From positions 1 through 54,863 of the IMG/VR virus record IMGVR_UViG_3300036794_000049: a stretch of 54,863 bases of DNA; one strand, given 5' to 3'. The notes under the pieces are model-generated. The model saw nothing but the letters and a program-made list of their open reading frames with translations. It searched no databases and was not told where the DNA came from. The position numbers and the translations under genes were made by a program. How positions within the stretch are numbered: position 1 is the stretch's first letter; every line of letters begins with the position of its first letter. Below are positions 27,537 through 37,831 of the stretch, piece after piece. Source of the stretch: a virus. Lineage: Duplodnaviria; Caudoviricetes.

Positions 27537-27868
27537 TGACGCGACGGCAAGCCCGAGCAGCTGCGGCCGCGAGCCCGGCGATCACCCGCACCAATCACGG
27601 TGCGCCGGTGCCTCTACCACAAATCATCGACCCGCTCAGGATTCTCGACGCGTTCGACTTCAATGGCTGGCGCGTCGAGGTCCGACAACAGGTGACGGGC
27701 GGTCTCTTCTGGCTCGCGAAGCCACTCCACCGCAACTGCGCAGTCAGCTATGACGGTCGCGTCGTGCGGTGGCCGGAAGAGCTGCGGGTGCTGCTCCCGG
27801 TCGGGTTCAACGTGCACGATGCGAAATTGGACGCGCAGCGGGCGTTAGGCATGGAGAGCGAGACGTGA
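27533..27868 (+). CDS. Hypothetical protein
   Basis: GAGGTG RBS; ATGA coupling. Confidence 0.6.
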   Translation: MMTRRQARAAAAASPAITRTNHGAPVPLPQIIDPLRILDAFDFNGWRVEVRQQVTGGLFWLAKPLHRNCAVSYDGRVVRWPEELRVLLPVGFNVHDAKLDAQRALGMESET

Positions 27869-28099
27869 AGGCGCTTTTACGCGAACTGCGTCGAAGGCTG
27901 ACACCCTGGCGCCGCGTTTGGATCTACACGCCCAAAGGCTGGCGGCACGTACATCCGGACGACGCGATCGATTGGAGCGATTGGGAATGAGTGCACGCAT
28001 CCAGCATGCGCTCGTGCCGCCGCTTCGCTGGCTCTGGGCCCGCACGCATCGCGTCCCGCTATTCGGCCATCTGCTATTCCGGCTCTGGTGGGCGCTGCT

Positions 28100-29263
28100 G
28101 TGAGCCCGACCCGTTTCCCTCGCATCCGCCGCGATCTCTCGCGGATGGGCCTCGGCGTCGTGCAGATCGTCACGAAGGCCAAGACCGAGCGCGAGCATCA
28201 ACGACGCGTCGTCATGTTCGACGCGCTCGTGGAAGACTCCCAGGTCGAAGTTCTGCGCGCTCTCATCGAGGGTCGCGTCTCATGGGAGGAGCTCCGGGAC
28301 GCGCAGCGGCGCAAGGATCTCCAGGGCACCAGCATTCTCGCGACGGTGGCGCTCGAGCGCCCTTTGGTCGCGGCCGTCGCGGAGACCGTTCCCAAGATGG
28401 GAAAGGCTCAGGCGACGACCGACCGGTATGAGGATTCGCTCAACGCGCTGATCGCGCAGACGCTCGTGCCGTGGCCGCGGGAGCCGATGCGGGTGAAGGA
28501 CCTGGTAGACGTCGCCTGGCCGAAGCTCGCGGCGCTGTGGGTGGCACCGAAGGCTGAGGGCGGCGCCGGCAAGAGCTCCGGTGACTGGAATCGACTCGTC
28601 GCCGCGGTCTCGCGCTTCCTCAGCATCTATCTCGCGGATCCGAAGCGACAGCCGAAAGGGAACAAGTATCACCCGTTCCGGCTCGAGCTCATGGCGAAGA
28701 TTGAGAAGCTGGCGGAGGTCGAGCGCGTTCCGGATCTCACGCCCGACGTGTTCACGGCGATCGTGCGGAAGTTGCCCGAGCACATCCGACCGTGCGTGTA
28801 CACGCTGCTGCTGACGGGTTTCCGCGACCGCTCCGAGTACCTGCGGTGCACGGAAGAGAACAAGATGCCGGCGACGACCCAAGTCCGCATTTACGATCGA
28901 AAGACTCATAAGTGGCGCGTGATCGCGATCGACCCCGAGTTCTGGCCGTGGGTCGATGCTGGCATCCCATCGCCGGTGCAATACAAAGCGTTGCGACGTT
29001 ACTGGATACAGGCGTGCATCGCCGTTGGTGTCGGAGCACGGCCCGTGGACGCTGACGGCACCGTCGGTGAGTATCGCGGACTCCGGATGCACGACCTTCG
29101 CCACGCGTTAGGCCAGTGGACGCATGACGCTGGTGTTCCGCTATCGCAGATCAAAGAGCAGCTCCGCCACGCGACGCTCGCGATGAGCGAACGCTATTCG
29201 CGCACGACGTCGACGCGCCGCGTCGCGCAGGCGATGGGCGACATTCTGAGGGCTGCGAAATGA
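28100..29263 (+). CDS. int: Tyrosine integrase
   Basis: Catalytic set LLTGFR (R), RKT (K), HDLRH (HxxR) and LRHATLAMSERY (H, Y). Confidence 0.92.
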   Translation: MSPTRFPRIRRDLSRMGLGVVQIVTKAKTEREHQRRVVMFDALVEDSQVEVLRALIEGRVSWEELRDAQRRKDLQGTSILATVALERPLVAAVAETVPKMGKAQATTDRYEDSLNALIAQTLVPWPREPMRVKDLVDVAWPKLAALWVAPKAEGGAGKSSGDWNRLVAAVSRFLSIYLADPKRQPKGNKYHPFRLELMAKIEKLAEVERVPDLTPDVFTAIVRKLPEHIRPCVYTLLLTGFRDRSEYLRCTEENKMPATTQVRIYDRKTHKWRVIAIDPEFWPWVDAGIPSPVQYKALRRYWIQACIAVGVGARPVDADGTVGEYRGLRMHDLRHALGQWTHDAGVPLSQIKEQLRHATLAMSERYSRTTSTRRVAQAMGDILRAAK

Positions 29264-29581
29264 GCGCCGAGCGACTTCGAGAGGGCGAGATGCTGCTCAC
29301 CGTCACCTATCGAGGAAAATCCGCCACGGTGGATGTGTCGGAGCTCACGTTCAGCATCCTCATATCGTTCGCCGCGTTCTTCTTTCGTCAGGCCGTGGAG
29401 CGGGGATTGTGAAACCCGCGTGTCGCCATGGCCACGCGTATACGCGCAAAAACACGATGTGGCGGACGCTCGTGAATGGCCGGCGCGTCTACGTCTGCCG
29501 CACCTGTCACCGTCTCCGCGAGGTGCGCCGTCGTGCGCGGTTGCGCCTCCAATTCCGACTCACCGATCAATCGAGGGCAGC

Positions 29582-29806
29582 ATGAAAATCGATCTCACCA
29601 CGAAATTCGACATGGGTCAGGACGTGATCGCGAGCCGCCGCTCTGGCCGCGGTGGCGCAATCCGCGAAGCCAAAGGGCGCGTGATCGCGTTCTCCGTCGT
29701 GTATATGAATGGTGGCGCGCCACCGTTCGTCCGCTACGACGTCCAGATCGAATCGCCGCGCAATCAGCAGTGGCACGTGACAGAAGAGCACCTGCGGCCC
29801 GCGTGA
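29582..29806 (+). CDS. Hypothetical protein
   Basis: GAGG RBS; MKIDLTTKFDMGQDV... Confidence 0.6.
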   Translation: MKIDLTTKFDMGQDVIASRRSGRGGAIREAKGRVIAFSVVYMNGGAPPFVRYDVQIESPRNQQWHVTEEHLRPA

Positions 29807-29993
29807 GGCGCCAGCGGAAAGCCTCGCACGTCGTCGCTGTCATGGCGGGGGTCGATCGCGCTGAGTCGCGTGCTCACTCCCTCTGCGAACATTGCGGGAC
29901 GCGCCTGGTGATTGAACTGCCCGTCGAGGTCAGCGTATGGGCTGCGGCCAATTTCGCGTTCGCCAAGGCGCATGCGAACTGCCCGAAGCGGCA

Positions 29994-30461
29994 ATGATCG
30001 CTGCACCTGGCACGCGTATCGGCGTCATCCACAGCACCGGCGAGTGGATTCCCGCGGTCGTGACGGGGGAGCACTGGACCGGTGCGACGATCGTTCTGAC
30101 GCTGCCGGATCCGCTGTTCGTGAAACGAGCCGAAGCGAACGGCCACGCCGTGCAGGGTTGCCCGCTGGTGCTCCCGACTGCGGACGAGTCAAGCACTTAC
30201 TGGCAGCACGCAAATGCTTGCGTTTTTCGCCGCAAGTGCGAACATTGCAAAGGGTTTGGTTCGACACTGTTCGAAGTCGCGTCGGTCGTGACGGTGCTCA
30301 CCGGGGAGCGCGCCGTTCAGGAGGTCACGTGCCCGCATTGCGATGGAAAGGGATGGCAGATCTATGATCCATGGGAAGAGCGAGAACCTGACGCGATTTC
30401 GGCGGAGTTTGCCGCCGCAGCTCCGGCCGAAGCGCATGGCGATCTATCAGTGCCCGCGTGA
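29994..30461 (+). CDS. Hypothetical protein with CxxCxGxG motifs
   Basis: CEHCKGFG...CPHCDGKG. Confidence 0.6.
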   Translation: MIAAPGTRIGVIHSTGEWIPAVVTGEHWTGATIVLTLPDPLFVKRAEANGHAVQGCPLVLPTADESSTYWQHANACVFRRKCEHCKGFGSTLFEVASVVTVLTGERAVQEVTCPHCDGKGWQIYDPWEEREPDAISAEFAAAAPAEAHGDLSVPA

Positions 30462-30747
30462 TGGCCGGTTCGCGGCGCCCGTCGGCGTTACGCACTGCCT
30501 CTGGTGCCAGGAGCGCGTAGAGGTCGTGGAGCTCGAGGGCGCCGGCGCCACGGACGAGACGCGCACCATTCAGCGGGCTCGCATCCTCATCGATCGACTC
30601 TCGGCGGTGCTGTACGGGCCGGGACTGCGCGACGATGAGCGCGTGCGCCAGGCGCGGCTCGTCATGGAGACTATGGCGCCGCATCGCGTGCCAAACGGCA
30701 TGAACGGAAAGGAGGGATCTCACAATGGGTAATACGGGGTTCTGACA

Positions 30748-31002
30748 ATGGCGAAGCCGATTCGAGTGCGTCACCGATCGACCGAGACCGAAGCGACGCA
30801 GTGGGATGGGGACGAGAAAACCGCCCAGGCGCTCAACATGAAAGTCGTGGGCGTCGGCACCAACACGCCGCGGCTCCTCGTCCCGACGGCGCACGGTGAG
30901 GTGTACGCGGACGTCGGCGACTGGGTGATTCACTCGGATGCGGAAGGCCGGCCGTTCGTTCGGAATGCCAAGGTATTTGAAGCGGAATTCGAACCGATTT
31001 AG
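30748..31002 (+). CDS. PGDYG-like small phage protein (second copy of the family)
   Basis: EA.QWDG...PTAHG...GDWVI...FEAEFEP. Confidence 0.6.
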   Translation: MAKPIRVRHRSTETEATQWDGDEKTAQALNMKVVGVGTNTPRLLVPTAHGEVYADVGDWVIHSDAEGRPFVRNAKVFEAEFEPI

Positions 31003-31016
31003 CGAGGACTCAACCG

Positions 31017-31394
31017 ATGAACGTGTACACCGGGGACGTGAAGCCATTCGATCAGCTCAGCGAGGCGGAGAAGCGATCGGGCGAGTGGATGCCGCTCTCG
31101 CGAGACCAGCTCAAGAGTCTCGAGGCGGGGAAAACAACGCGAGAGCAAGTTCGCCGCGAGCTCCTGGCAGCCATCAACCCCGAGAGCGGCCTGCCCGTTG
31201 ACGCGAAGCCCCAGGCGCACCGTCGCGCGATTGCGCTGAAGGGGCATGAGCAGAAGATCGTCGATGAGATCATGGGGACATCGTCGAGCATCATCCAACT
31301 GCCGCCCCTCGATCTGCCACGCGCTCAGATCGACGAGCCCAGTGAAGGCGACGTACTGGCGGCGATCGGCGGCGTCGCGAGCGTCGCGCAGTGA
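31017..31394 (+). CDS. Hypothetical protein
   Basis: GAGGA RBS; 125 aa. Confidence 0.65.
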   Translation: MNVYTGDVKPFDQLSEAEKRSGEWMPLSRDQLKSLEAGKTTREQVRRELLAAINPESGLPVDAKPQAHRRAIALKGHEQKIVDEIMGTSSSIIQLPPLDLPRAQIDEPSEGDVLAAIGGVASVAQ

Positions 31395-31861
31395 GGCCCG
31401 ATTTCCCGCGTGTGCAGATCATGTCCCGCGATGACGCAGAGAAGTTCATCGCGGGCCCGAACGATGTCTGCATCTCGATTCGCACGCCTGGCGCTGAGCC
31501 AGCGGACCTCTCGCCAAACTTCCGCGAGGTGCTGCGGCTGTATTTTCACGACCTCGGTGGGTTTCCTGAGCCGTGGCCGGCCGACGCAGAGCAGCTCACT
31601 GCCGAGCAAGCCGAATCGATCGTCCAATTCGCGCTCCGACATCGCCAGGCTCAACGCCTGATCGTTCATTGCGAGGCTGGTATCTCGCGCTCGGTGGCTG
31701 TGGCGCTCGCGCTCTCGACGGAACTCGCCGGCTATTGGGCGTTCCCGCGTTGGTACACGCCCGAATGGCGTGGCGATCGCTTCGTCCATAACCGGTACGT
31801 CTTCGATCTCGTCGTGGGGGCGTGCAAACGTGCGACGGCCACTGCCGAGGTGCAATCGTGA
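31391..31861 (+). CDS. Cys-based protein tyrosine / dual-specificity phosphatase-like protein
   Basis: IVHCEAGISRS (HCx5R), plus ISI, F.D and N.YV. Confidence 0.85.
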   Translation: MRPDFPRVQIMSRDDAEKFIAGPNDVCISIRTPGAEPADLSPNFREVLRLYFHDLGGFPEPWPADAEQLTAEQAESIVQFALRHRQAQRLIVHCEAGISRSVAVALALSTELAGYWAFPRWYTPEWRGDRFVHNRYVFDLVVGACKRATATAEVQS

Positions 31862-32160
31862 GAGCGCGCTGCTATTCCTGCGGGCGGATATTCAGCTTGT
31901 CCGCCCTTCAGCTCGCAGACGGCCGACGCGAGAACGTTTGCGCCCACTGCGCCGGCCGGTACGCGCCCGATGCGGCCGGCACTCTTCCGAGCGATGACTC
32001 CGCACCGCTCGACACCGGATCGAGCATCGAGACCGCCAGCTCGATATACGACGCGCTCACTGATTCGACACCCGCTCCTGATCCAACTCCCGATCCGCCG
32101 TCATTCGATTTCGGTGGAGGCGGTGGGTTCGATGGCGGCGGCGCGGGTCGCGACTTCTAG
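31858..32160 (+). CDS. Small Zn-finger protein with Gly-rich C-terminus
   Basis: CYSC...CAHC; ends FGGGGGFDGGGAGRDF. Confidence 0.55.
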   Translation: MRARCYSCGRIFSLSALQLADGRRENVCAHCAGRYAPDAAGTLPSDDSAPLDTGSSIETASSIYDALTDSTPAPDPTPDPPSFDFGGGGGFDGGGAGRDF

Positions 32161-32344
32161 CCATGTCAGGTCTGCGCCCCGCTGATGCCGTTGCACGGCG
32201 TGCGAATTACATCCTTCGCTGCGCGCGCCTGCCTCACGATGTGCCGAGACGCGAACGGAAATACATTTACGCCTTCCGGGTGAGCCGGCACTCACGGTCG
32301 ATCGCTTCTCCGCTGTCGACGATGTCCGCGGTGATTGGGTACAA

Positions 32345-32881
32345 GTGAGCGCTGCTGCCGCTGCTGCAACCGTCAGCATTCGCTGGCGTGCTGCCACGTC
32401 GCCGTCCGGCAACACGATCTGGCGCACGCCGGCCGCTCTGTACCGCGCTCTCGACAAAGAATTCAGCTTCACCATCGACGTCGCCGCGGACGCTGAGAAC
32501 GCGCTCGTCGATCGATTCGTGGAGCGCGAGACCGATGCACTCGCGATCTCGTGGGCTGAGGAACGCGTCTTCTGTAATCCGCCTTACGGCCGTGAGCTCG
32601 AGCGATGGGTGGCGAAAGCCGTCCTCGAGTCACAGGAACAGGGTGCACTCGTTGTCATGGTGCTGCCGGCGCGGACCGGGAACCGATGGTTTCACCGGTA
32701 CGTGCTCCCGCACGCTGAGATCCGGTTCATTCGGGGCCGGCTAAACTTCACGTTAGGCTCAGTCGCCGCGAAGAAATTCCGAGCGCCGTTCGACAGCATG
32801 GTCGTTATCTACCGACCGTTTCGGATCGGCGAGGGGCACATCTCGGCGCAGCCGATGTTCCCGGGAATGCGCAGCGTATGA
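32345..32881 (+). CDS. Phage DNA N6-adenine methyltransferase (Dam-like)
   Basis: WRTP, F.IDVAA, VFCNPPYG, VLPART and IRFIRGRL.F motifs. Confidence 0.9.
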   Translation: MSAAAAAATVSIRWRAATSPSGNTIWRTPAALYRALDKEFSFTIDVAADAENALVDRFVERETDALAISWAEERVFCNPPYGRELERWVAKAVLESQEQGALVVMVLPARTGNRWFHRYVLPHAEIRFIRGRLNFTLGSVAAKKFRAPFDSMVVIYRPFRIGEGHISAQPMFPGMRSV

Positions 32882-33732
32882 CGGCGCCGACGCGACCCGT
32901 GATGCGCTATCACGGTGGGAAGTGGCGCTCGGCGCCGAAGATCATTCAGTTTTTCCCGCCGCATCGCGTGTACGTCGAGCCGTTTGGAGGCGCTGCGAAT
33001 ATCCTGCTCCGAAAGCCGCGCGCGTACGCAGAGGTCTACAACGATCTCGCCGGCGAGGTCGTGAATGTCTTCCGAGTGCTGCGAGACCCAGCCAGTGCAG
33101 AGCGCAAGCGCTCTGCACTGGCTCTTACGCCATTCGCGCGAGAGGAATTTCTCGCCGCGTATCAGCACACCACTGATCCCGTCGAGTCAGCGCGCTACGC
33201 GATCGTGCGTGCATTTATGGGGTTTGGCTCGGCGTCGTTCAACGCGAAGCATGGCACTGGATTTCGCGGGAATTCAAAGCGGTCCGGTACCACACCCGCG
33301 ATGGATTGGCTGCACTATCCCGATCAGATCCCGCTCTTCGTCGAGCGGCTGCGGGGAGTCGTCATCGAGAATCGTGATGCTTCGCTCATTATGCCGCCGC
33401 ACGATAGCGAGGAAACTCTCTTCTATGTGGATCCGCCATATCCTGCCTCCGTTCGCGCCGAGGGCGCAGTCACAGGGGTTCGGCAGCGCTACCTCCACGA
33501 GCTCACGGACGATGATCACCGCGCCTTAGCGAAGGTGCTCCGAGCGCTGCGCGGCATGGTCGTGCTGTCGGGCCGCGCCTGCGAGATGTACGACATCGAG
33601 CTCTATTCGGATTGGGAGCGCCACGAGTTCGATCATCTCGACGATGGCGCTCGCACCCGCCGAGAGGTTGTGTGGCTGAATGCGGCCTGCGTTGCCGCGC
33701 GATCGCAGGGCACTCTGGAGATCGCGCTGTAG
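32878..33732 (+). CDS. D12-class DNA adenine methyltransferase
   Basis: RYHGGK, YVEPFGGA, YND and YVDPPY motifs. Confidence 0.92.
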   Translation: MTAPTRPVMRYHGGKWRSAPKIIQFFPPHRVYVEPFGGAANILLRKPRAYAEVYNDLAGEVVNVFRVLRDPASAERKRSALALTPFAREEFLAAYQHTTDPVESARYAIVRAFMGFGSASFNAKHGTGFRGNSKRSGTTPAMDWLHYPDQIPLFVERLRGVVIENRDASLIMPPHDSEETLFYVDPPYPASVRAEGAVTGVRQRYLHELTDDDHRALAKVLRALRGMVVLSGRACEMYDIELYSDWERHEFDHLDDGARTRREVVWLNAACVAARSQGTLEIAL

Positions 33733-33733
33733 T

Positions 33734-35149
33734 GTGTCACAGAGTCTCGCGCAGCGGCTCGCCACGCTCCCGGAAACCGATCGACGCTGGCTGCTCAAAC
33801 GACTGAGCCCGCGCGAACGCGAGGCGCTCCAATACAACTGGCGATTCTGGGCGAGACCGCAGCAGCTCCCACCGAGCGGCGAGTGGACGCATTGGGGCAT
33901 CGTCGCGGGCCGCGGCGCCGGTAAGACGCGATCGGCGGCTGAGTGGGTCCGCGACATCGCGAAGCGCTGGCCGGGCTCGCGTGGCGCGTTCGTGGGCCGT
34001 GCCGCGAAGGACGTCCGCAACACCATGGTGGAGGGTGAGTCCGGCATCCTCGCGGTCTGCCCAGAGGACGAGCGGCCGCATTACGAGCCATCGAAAGCGC
34101 GGCTCACGTGGCGGAATGGCACCCAAGCGGAGCTCTTCACATCGAAAGAGCCCGACATGCTGCGCGGTCCGCAGCATCACTGGTATTGGGCCGACGAGGT
34201 GGCGAGCTGGTACTATCCCGACGACACGTGGGACAACCTGATGTTCGGGTTGCGGCTCGGGAACGCGCCACAGGGCGTTTTCACCACGACGCCGAAGCCC
34301 ATCAAGCTGGTGCGCGCGCTGATGGGGAAGGAGCGCGCCGAGGATGGCACGTTCCGCGAGTATCCCGGCGTACAGCTCGCCCCGCGCATGACGACGTACG
34401 AGAATATCGCGAACCTCGCACCAACATTCATCGAGACCGTCGTCAAGAAATACGAGGGCACGCGGTTGGGGCGGCAGGAGCTCTTCGGTGAACTGCTGCT
34501 CGATGTCCCAGGCGCACTCTGGACGCTCGAGCTGATCGATCAGCTCCGGTGGAAGGACCGACTGCCGCTCCCGCAGAATCTCCGCCGTATCGTCGTCGCG
34601 ATCGATCCGGCAGTGACGTCGGATCCGGAAGAGTCGAACGAGACCGGCATCATTTGTGTGGGCCGCGATAACCAGAAAACGCCGCACTTTTTTGTCTTCA
34701 CGGACGATTCAGGGATTCTCCCAGCGTACAAAGGTGACCCAACCGAACCATCGTGGGCGCGTCGCGCGCTGAATCGCTATCACGACGTCGGCCGCTGGGA
34801 GCACGAGGTCAAAGCCGATCGCATCGTCGGCGAGGTGAACAACGGTGGCGATCTCGTCGAGGCACAGATTCGGATTCTGGACCGGAACGCCAGCTACCGG
34901 AGCGTTCACGCCTCCCGCGGCAAACGCACCCGCGGCGAGCCGGTGGCGGCACTGTACGAGCAGGGCCGCGTACACCACTGCGGCGCGTTCGACCATCTCG
35001 AGGACCAAATGATCACGTGGGTGCCCGACATGGCGGACGACTCCCCCGACCGAGCAGACGCACTCGTGTGGGCGATCTCCGACCTGGCAGAATTCTCCGG
35101 AGCTCCACCGCGAACCCAGGGGACGATCAGCCGGCGAACGTTGCGGTAG
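33734..35149 (+). CDS. terL: Terminase large subunit
   Basis: AGRGAGKT (Walker A), WADE (Walker B), TTTP, VAIDPA and SPDRADALVW. Confidence 0.95.
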   Translation: MSQSLAQRLATLPETDRRWLLKRLSPREREALQYNWRFWARPQQLPPSGEWTHWGIVAGRGAGKTRSAAEWVRDIAKRWPGSRGAFVGRAAKDVRNTMVEGESGILAVCPEDERPHYEPSKARLTWRNGTQAELFTSKEPDMLRGPQHHWYWADEVASWYYPDDTWDNLMFGLRLGNAPQGVFTTTPKPIKLVRALMGKERAEDGTFREYPGVQLAPRMTTYENIANLAPTFIETVVKKYEGTRLGRQELFGELLLDVPGALWTLELIDQLRWKDRLPLPQNLRRIVVAIDPAVTSDPEESNETGIICVGRDNQKTPHFFVFTDDSGILPAYKGDPTEPSWARRALNRYHDVGRWEHEVKADRIVGEVNNGGDLVEAQIRILDRNASYRSVHASRGKRTRGEPVAALYEQGRVHHCGAFDHLEDQMITWVPDMADDSPDRADALVWAISDLAEFSGAPPRTQGTISRRTLR

Positions 35150-35516
35150 TGGATAAAACCCTTTCCTACGGCGCGCAATCCGTGTATTCTGCCTGTTATG
35201 CGGTATCTGCGCCTGATCCCGTTCCTTCTGATCGTGCTGCCGTACGTGGCCGTGCGCACCACGATCGACGCCGCCAAGGAGCTGTGGCACGAGGCGCTCG
35301 AGCGATGAGACGCCGCTCGTTTCTCTCGCGACTGGTCTCAATCCCGTTCGTGCGCCGGTTCGTCGAGCGCGCGCATGAACAGATCACCGCGGACGATTGG
35401 CTCGACGGGCATTACGATGCGGGGCCTGAGCAACCGCTACTCGCCTCGATCGGGATGCGGAATAAGCTGCTGGGCGATCTCATCGCGATCGAAGCACAGC
35501 CAAGGTCGCTCGACTA

Positions 35517-37412
35517 ATGGCCACGCCCTTCGACAACTGGACCCTCGAGGACGTTGAGGAGGAGATCGGGGAAGAGCTCGCGCGCCAGTCGCTCCGGTTC
35601 ACACAGGGCCGCGTCGGCGAGGAGGTCGCATCCACCGCCAACACGAACCTCGCCAACCCGATCGACATCAATCGCGCCTTCGTCGACGGTAACCACTGGC
35701 AGGGCGGTGACGGCTGGATCGGTCCACACCCACAGCAGGGCGACACCGGTTATGACGTGACGATGCAGGAGCTCGAGAAGGCGTTCACATCACGCAACGC
35801 GATTCTCGAAGTGGTGCAGCGGCACGGCGCCGGCCTCTTGGGTCGCGAGCCCCATTGGACGCTCGCTCCACGCCGGCCGATGAAGCAAGGCGCGAAGCCG
35901 GACAGCGGTGAGCAGACGCTCATCGATGAGGGCGAGCAGTATCTGACGGAGTGGTGGGATAAGCGGAAAGTCCACTCGCATTTGCAGGAGGCGGTGACGC
36001 GCTCGACGTGGGCGGAACGATCGGCGGTCCGCCTCTACATCCCGGAAGGGCTGCTCGTCGACGTAAAGCGCGGCCGCAAGAGCACGCGCATCGCCACCGC
36101 GACGTCGATTGAGGATGCGCTCGACATGATCTACGTCGCCACCCCGATGTACAACGAGGCGGTGATCGTCACGGACGAGCGCACACAGATGCAGTGCGGC
36201 ATTCTCCGCTACCGGTTCGAAGACGAGGAGGCGGACGAAGAGATCGAGGTCGCGGAGCTCACGTATCTCGACGGTGAGTACACGGTCATCCGGACGATCG
36301 AGGATCGGGATGACGACAGCACGCCGCGCGCACCATTCCGGATGAAGCTCGGCAAGCGCCTCACGCTCTTCGAGATGCGACGTCGGTTGCTCATCACGCA
36401 GCAAGTGCAACAAATGCAACGGGCGCTCAATCTCGCGATCTCGATGCTGCCGCGCAACGTCGTCACGGGCGGATTCCTCGAGCGCGTGCTGTTGAACGCG
36501 CAGATGCCGGGGAAATGGATCGAGGATGAGGAGACTGGTAACGAGAAGTTCATCCCGGGCGAGTACGTCACGGGCGCCGGCACCACGAACTTCGTCGAGG
36601 GCACTAAGTACACGGACGAAGACACCGGCAAAACCGTCATCGCGACCCCGCAGGTAAAGTTTCGGGAACCCGTGGACCCGAAATCCGCGATCTCCGCGGC
36701 CGCAGAGCACTACCAAGAGATCCTGCACGAGTGCGATCAGATGCACGTGCTGACGGTCTCGGATGGCCGGATCGGCTGGCAGAGTCGCGAGCAGGCGCGC
36801 GCCGATTTCGAGCAATCGCTCCGGTTCACGCAGAGTGAGGCGGAAGCGTTAGGCCGCTGGACGCTCGAGACAGCACTCGCACTCGCGGAAGTGATCGCGA
36901 ATCAGCCGGGCCACTACACGAAGTCGCTCCGGGCCGTGTTTCAGTGCCGGACCGATACCGGTCCCGTCGACGCGCAAGAGCGGAAGCAAAACGACGAGAG
37001 CTATAAGACCGGGACGATGTCGCTCGAGACGACGATGCAGCGCAACAACATCATGGACCCCGAAGCGGAGCAGCAGGCGATCGCCGCGCAGCCAGGTGGA
37101 GACCTCGGGATCCTGGAAAAGCGCGCTGCCATCTTCGCGACGCTCGCGGCGGTGGCGGACGCACATGGCGCAGCACTTGTGGCGGGGTTCACCGCGGCGC
37201 AGGCAACGCAGCTCGCCGCGGTGGATAGTGGGATGACGCAGGACGGCACAGATCCGAACGCCCGAAACGTCGATCCGACCGGCAACGGTCAGCCAGGCGG
37301 TAATGGCGCCAGCGGCGACGGCAACGTGAAGCCGAAAGCGGCGCCGGGAACGAAGCCGATCCGTCAACCGATCCGGTTGCCATCTGACCGCATCCCGCGC
37401 GAGACCGTCTGA
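35517..37412 (+). CDS. Portal protein
   Basis: 631 aa, following terL; assigned by size and position. Confidence 0.75.
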   Translation: MATPFDNWTLEDVEEEIGEELARQSLRFTQGRVGEEVASTANTNLANPIDINRAFVDGNHWQGGDGWIGPHPQQGDTGYDVTMQELEKAFTSRNAILEVVQRHGAGLLGREPHWTLAPRRPMKQGAKPDSGEQTLIDEGEQYLTEWWDKRKVHSHLQEAVTRSTWAERSAVRLYIPEGLLVDVKRGRKSTRIATATSIEDALDMIYVATPMYNEAVIVTDERTQMQCGILRYRFEDEEADEEIEVAELTYLDGEYTVIRTIEDRDDDSTPRAPFRMKLGKRLTLFEMRRRLLITQQVQQMQRALNLAISMLPRNVVTGGFLERVLLNAQMPGKWIEDEETGNEKFIPGEYVTGAGTTNFVEGTKYTDEDTGKTVIATPQVKFREPVDPKSAISAAAEHYQEILHECDQMHVLTVSDGRIGWQSREQARADFEQSLRFTQSEAEALGRWTLETALALAEVIANQPGHYTKSLRAVFQCRTDTGPVDAQERKQNDESYKTGTMSLETTMQRNNIMDPEAEQQAIAAQPGGDLGILEKRAAIFATLAAVADAHGAALVAGFTAAQATQLAAVDSGMTQDGTDPNARNVDPTGNGQPGGNGASGDGNVKPKAAPGTKPIRQPIRLPSDRIPRETV

Positions 37413-37831
37413 TGCCGACACCACTCCGCCGCATAACGATCGTCCCGAAAGAAGAGCAGCACGGCGATTACCACCTCTCGACATTCGTCGATCGCGAGAC
37501 CGGCGAGCGTCCGAAGGCCGGCGACGTCTTCTACGCGCCGCATCTCTTCGATCGCAATCGTGGTGCGCTTTCGCCGTTGTACTGGGAAGACTGGAATCGC
37601 ACACAGCGGCCCCCGATCGTCGTCGTTTTGCCGAACGGTCAATGGTGGTGCGTCGACGAGCTCGCGATCAGTAAGCAGGGCCGCACCGGTCAGGGCTGGC
37701 GGGTCTCAGGATCGATCGACACGACCCCGATCACCCTCACGGTCATGCCGTCGATCAACACGCGCACCTATCACGGTGTGCTGTCGAACGGCTCGCTCTC
37801 GGACGACCTCGGGAATCACTATGCAGGATGA
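37412..37831 (+). CDS. DUF6527-like protein
   Basis: W...G...TLTVMPSI...YHG.L.NG pattern. Confidence 0.55.
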   Translation: MPTPLRRITIVPKEEQHGDYHLSTFVDRETGERPKAGDVFYAPHLFDRNRGALSPLYWEDWNRTQRPPIVVVLPNGQWWCVDELAISKQGRTGQGWRVSGSIDTTPITLTVMPSINTRTYHGVLSNGSLSDDLGNHYAG

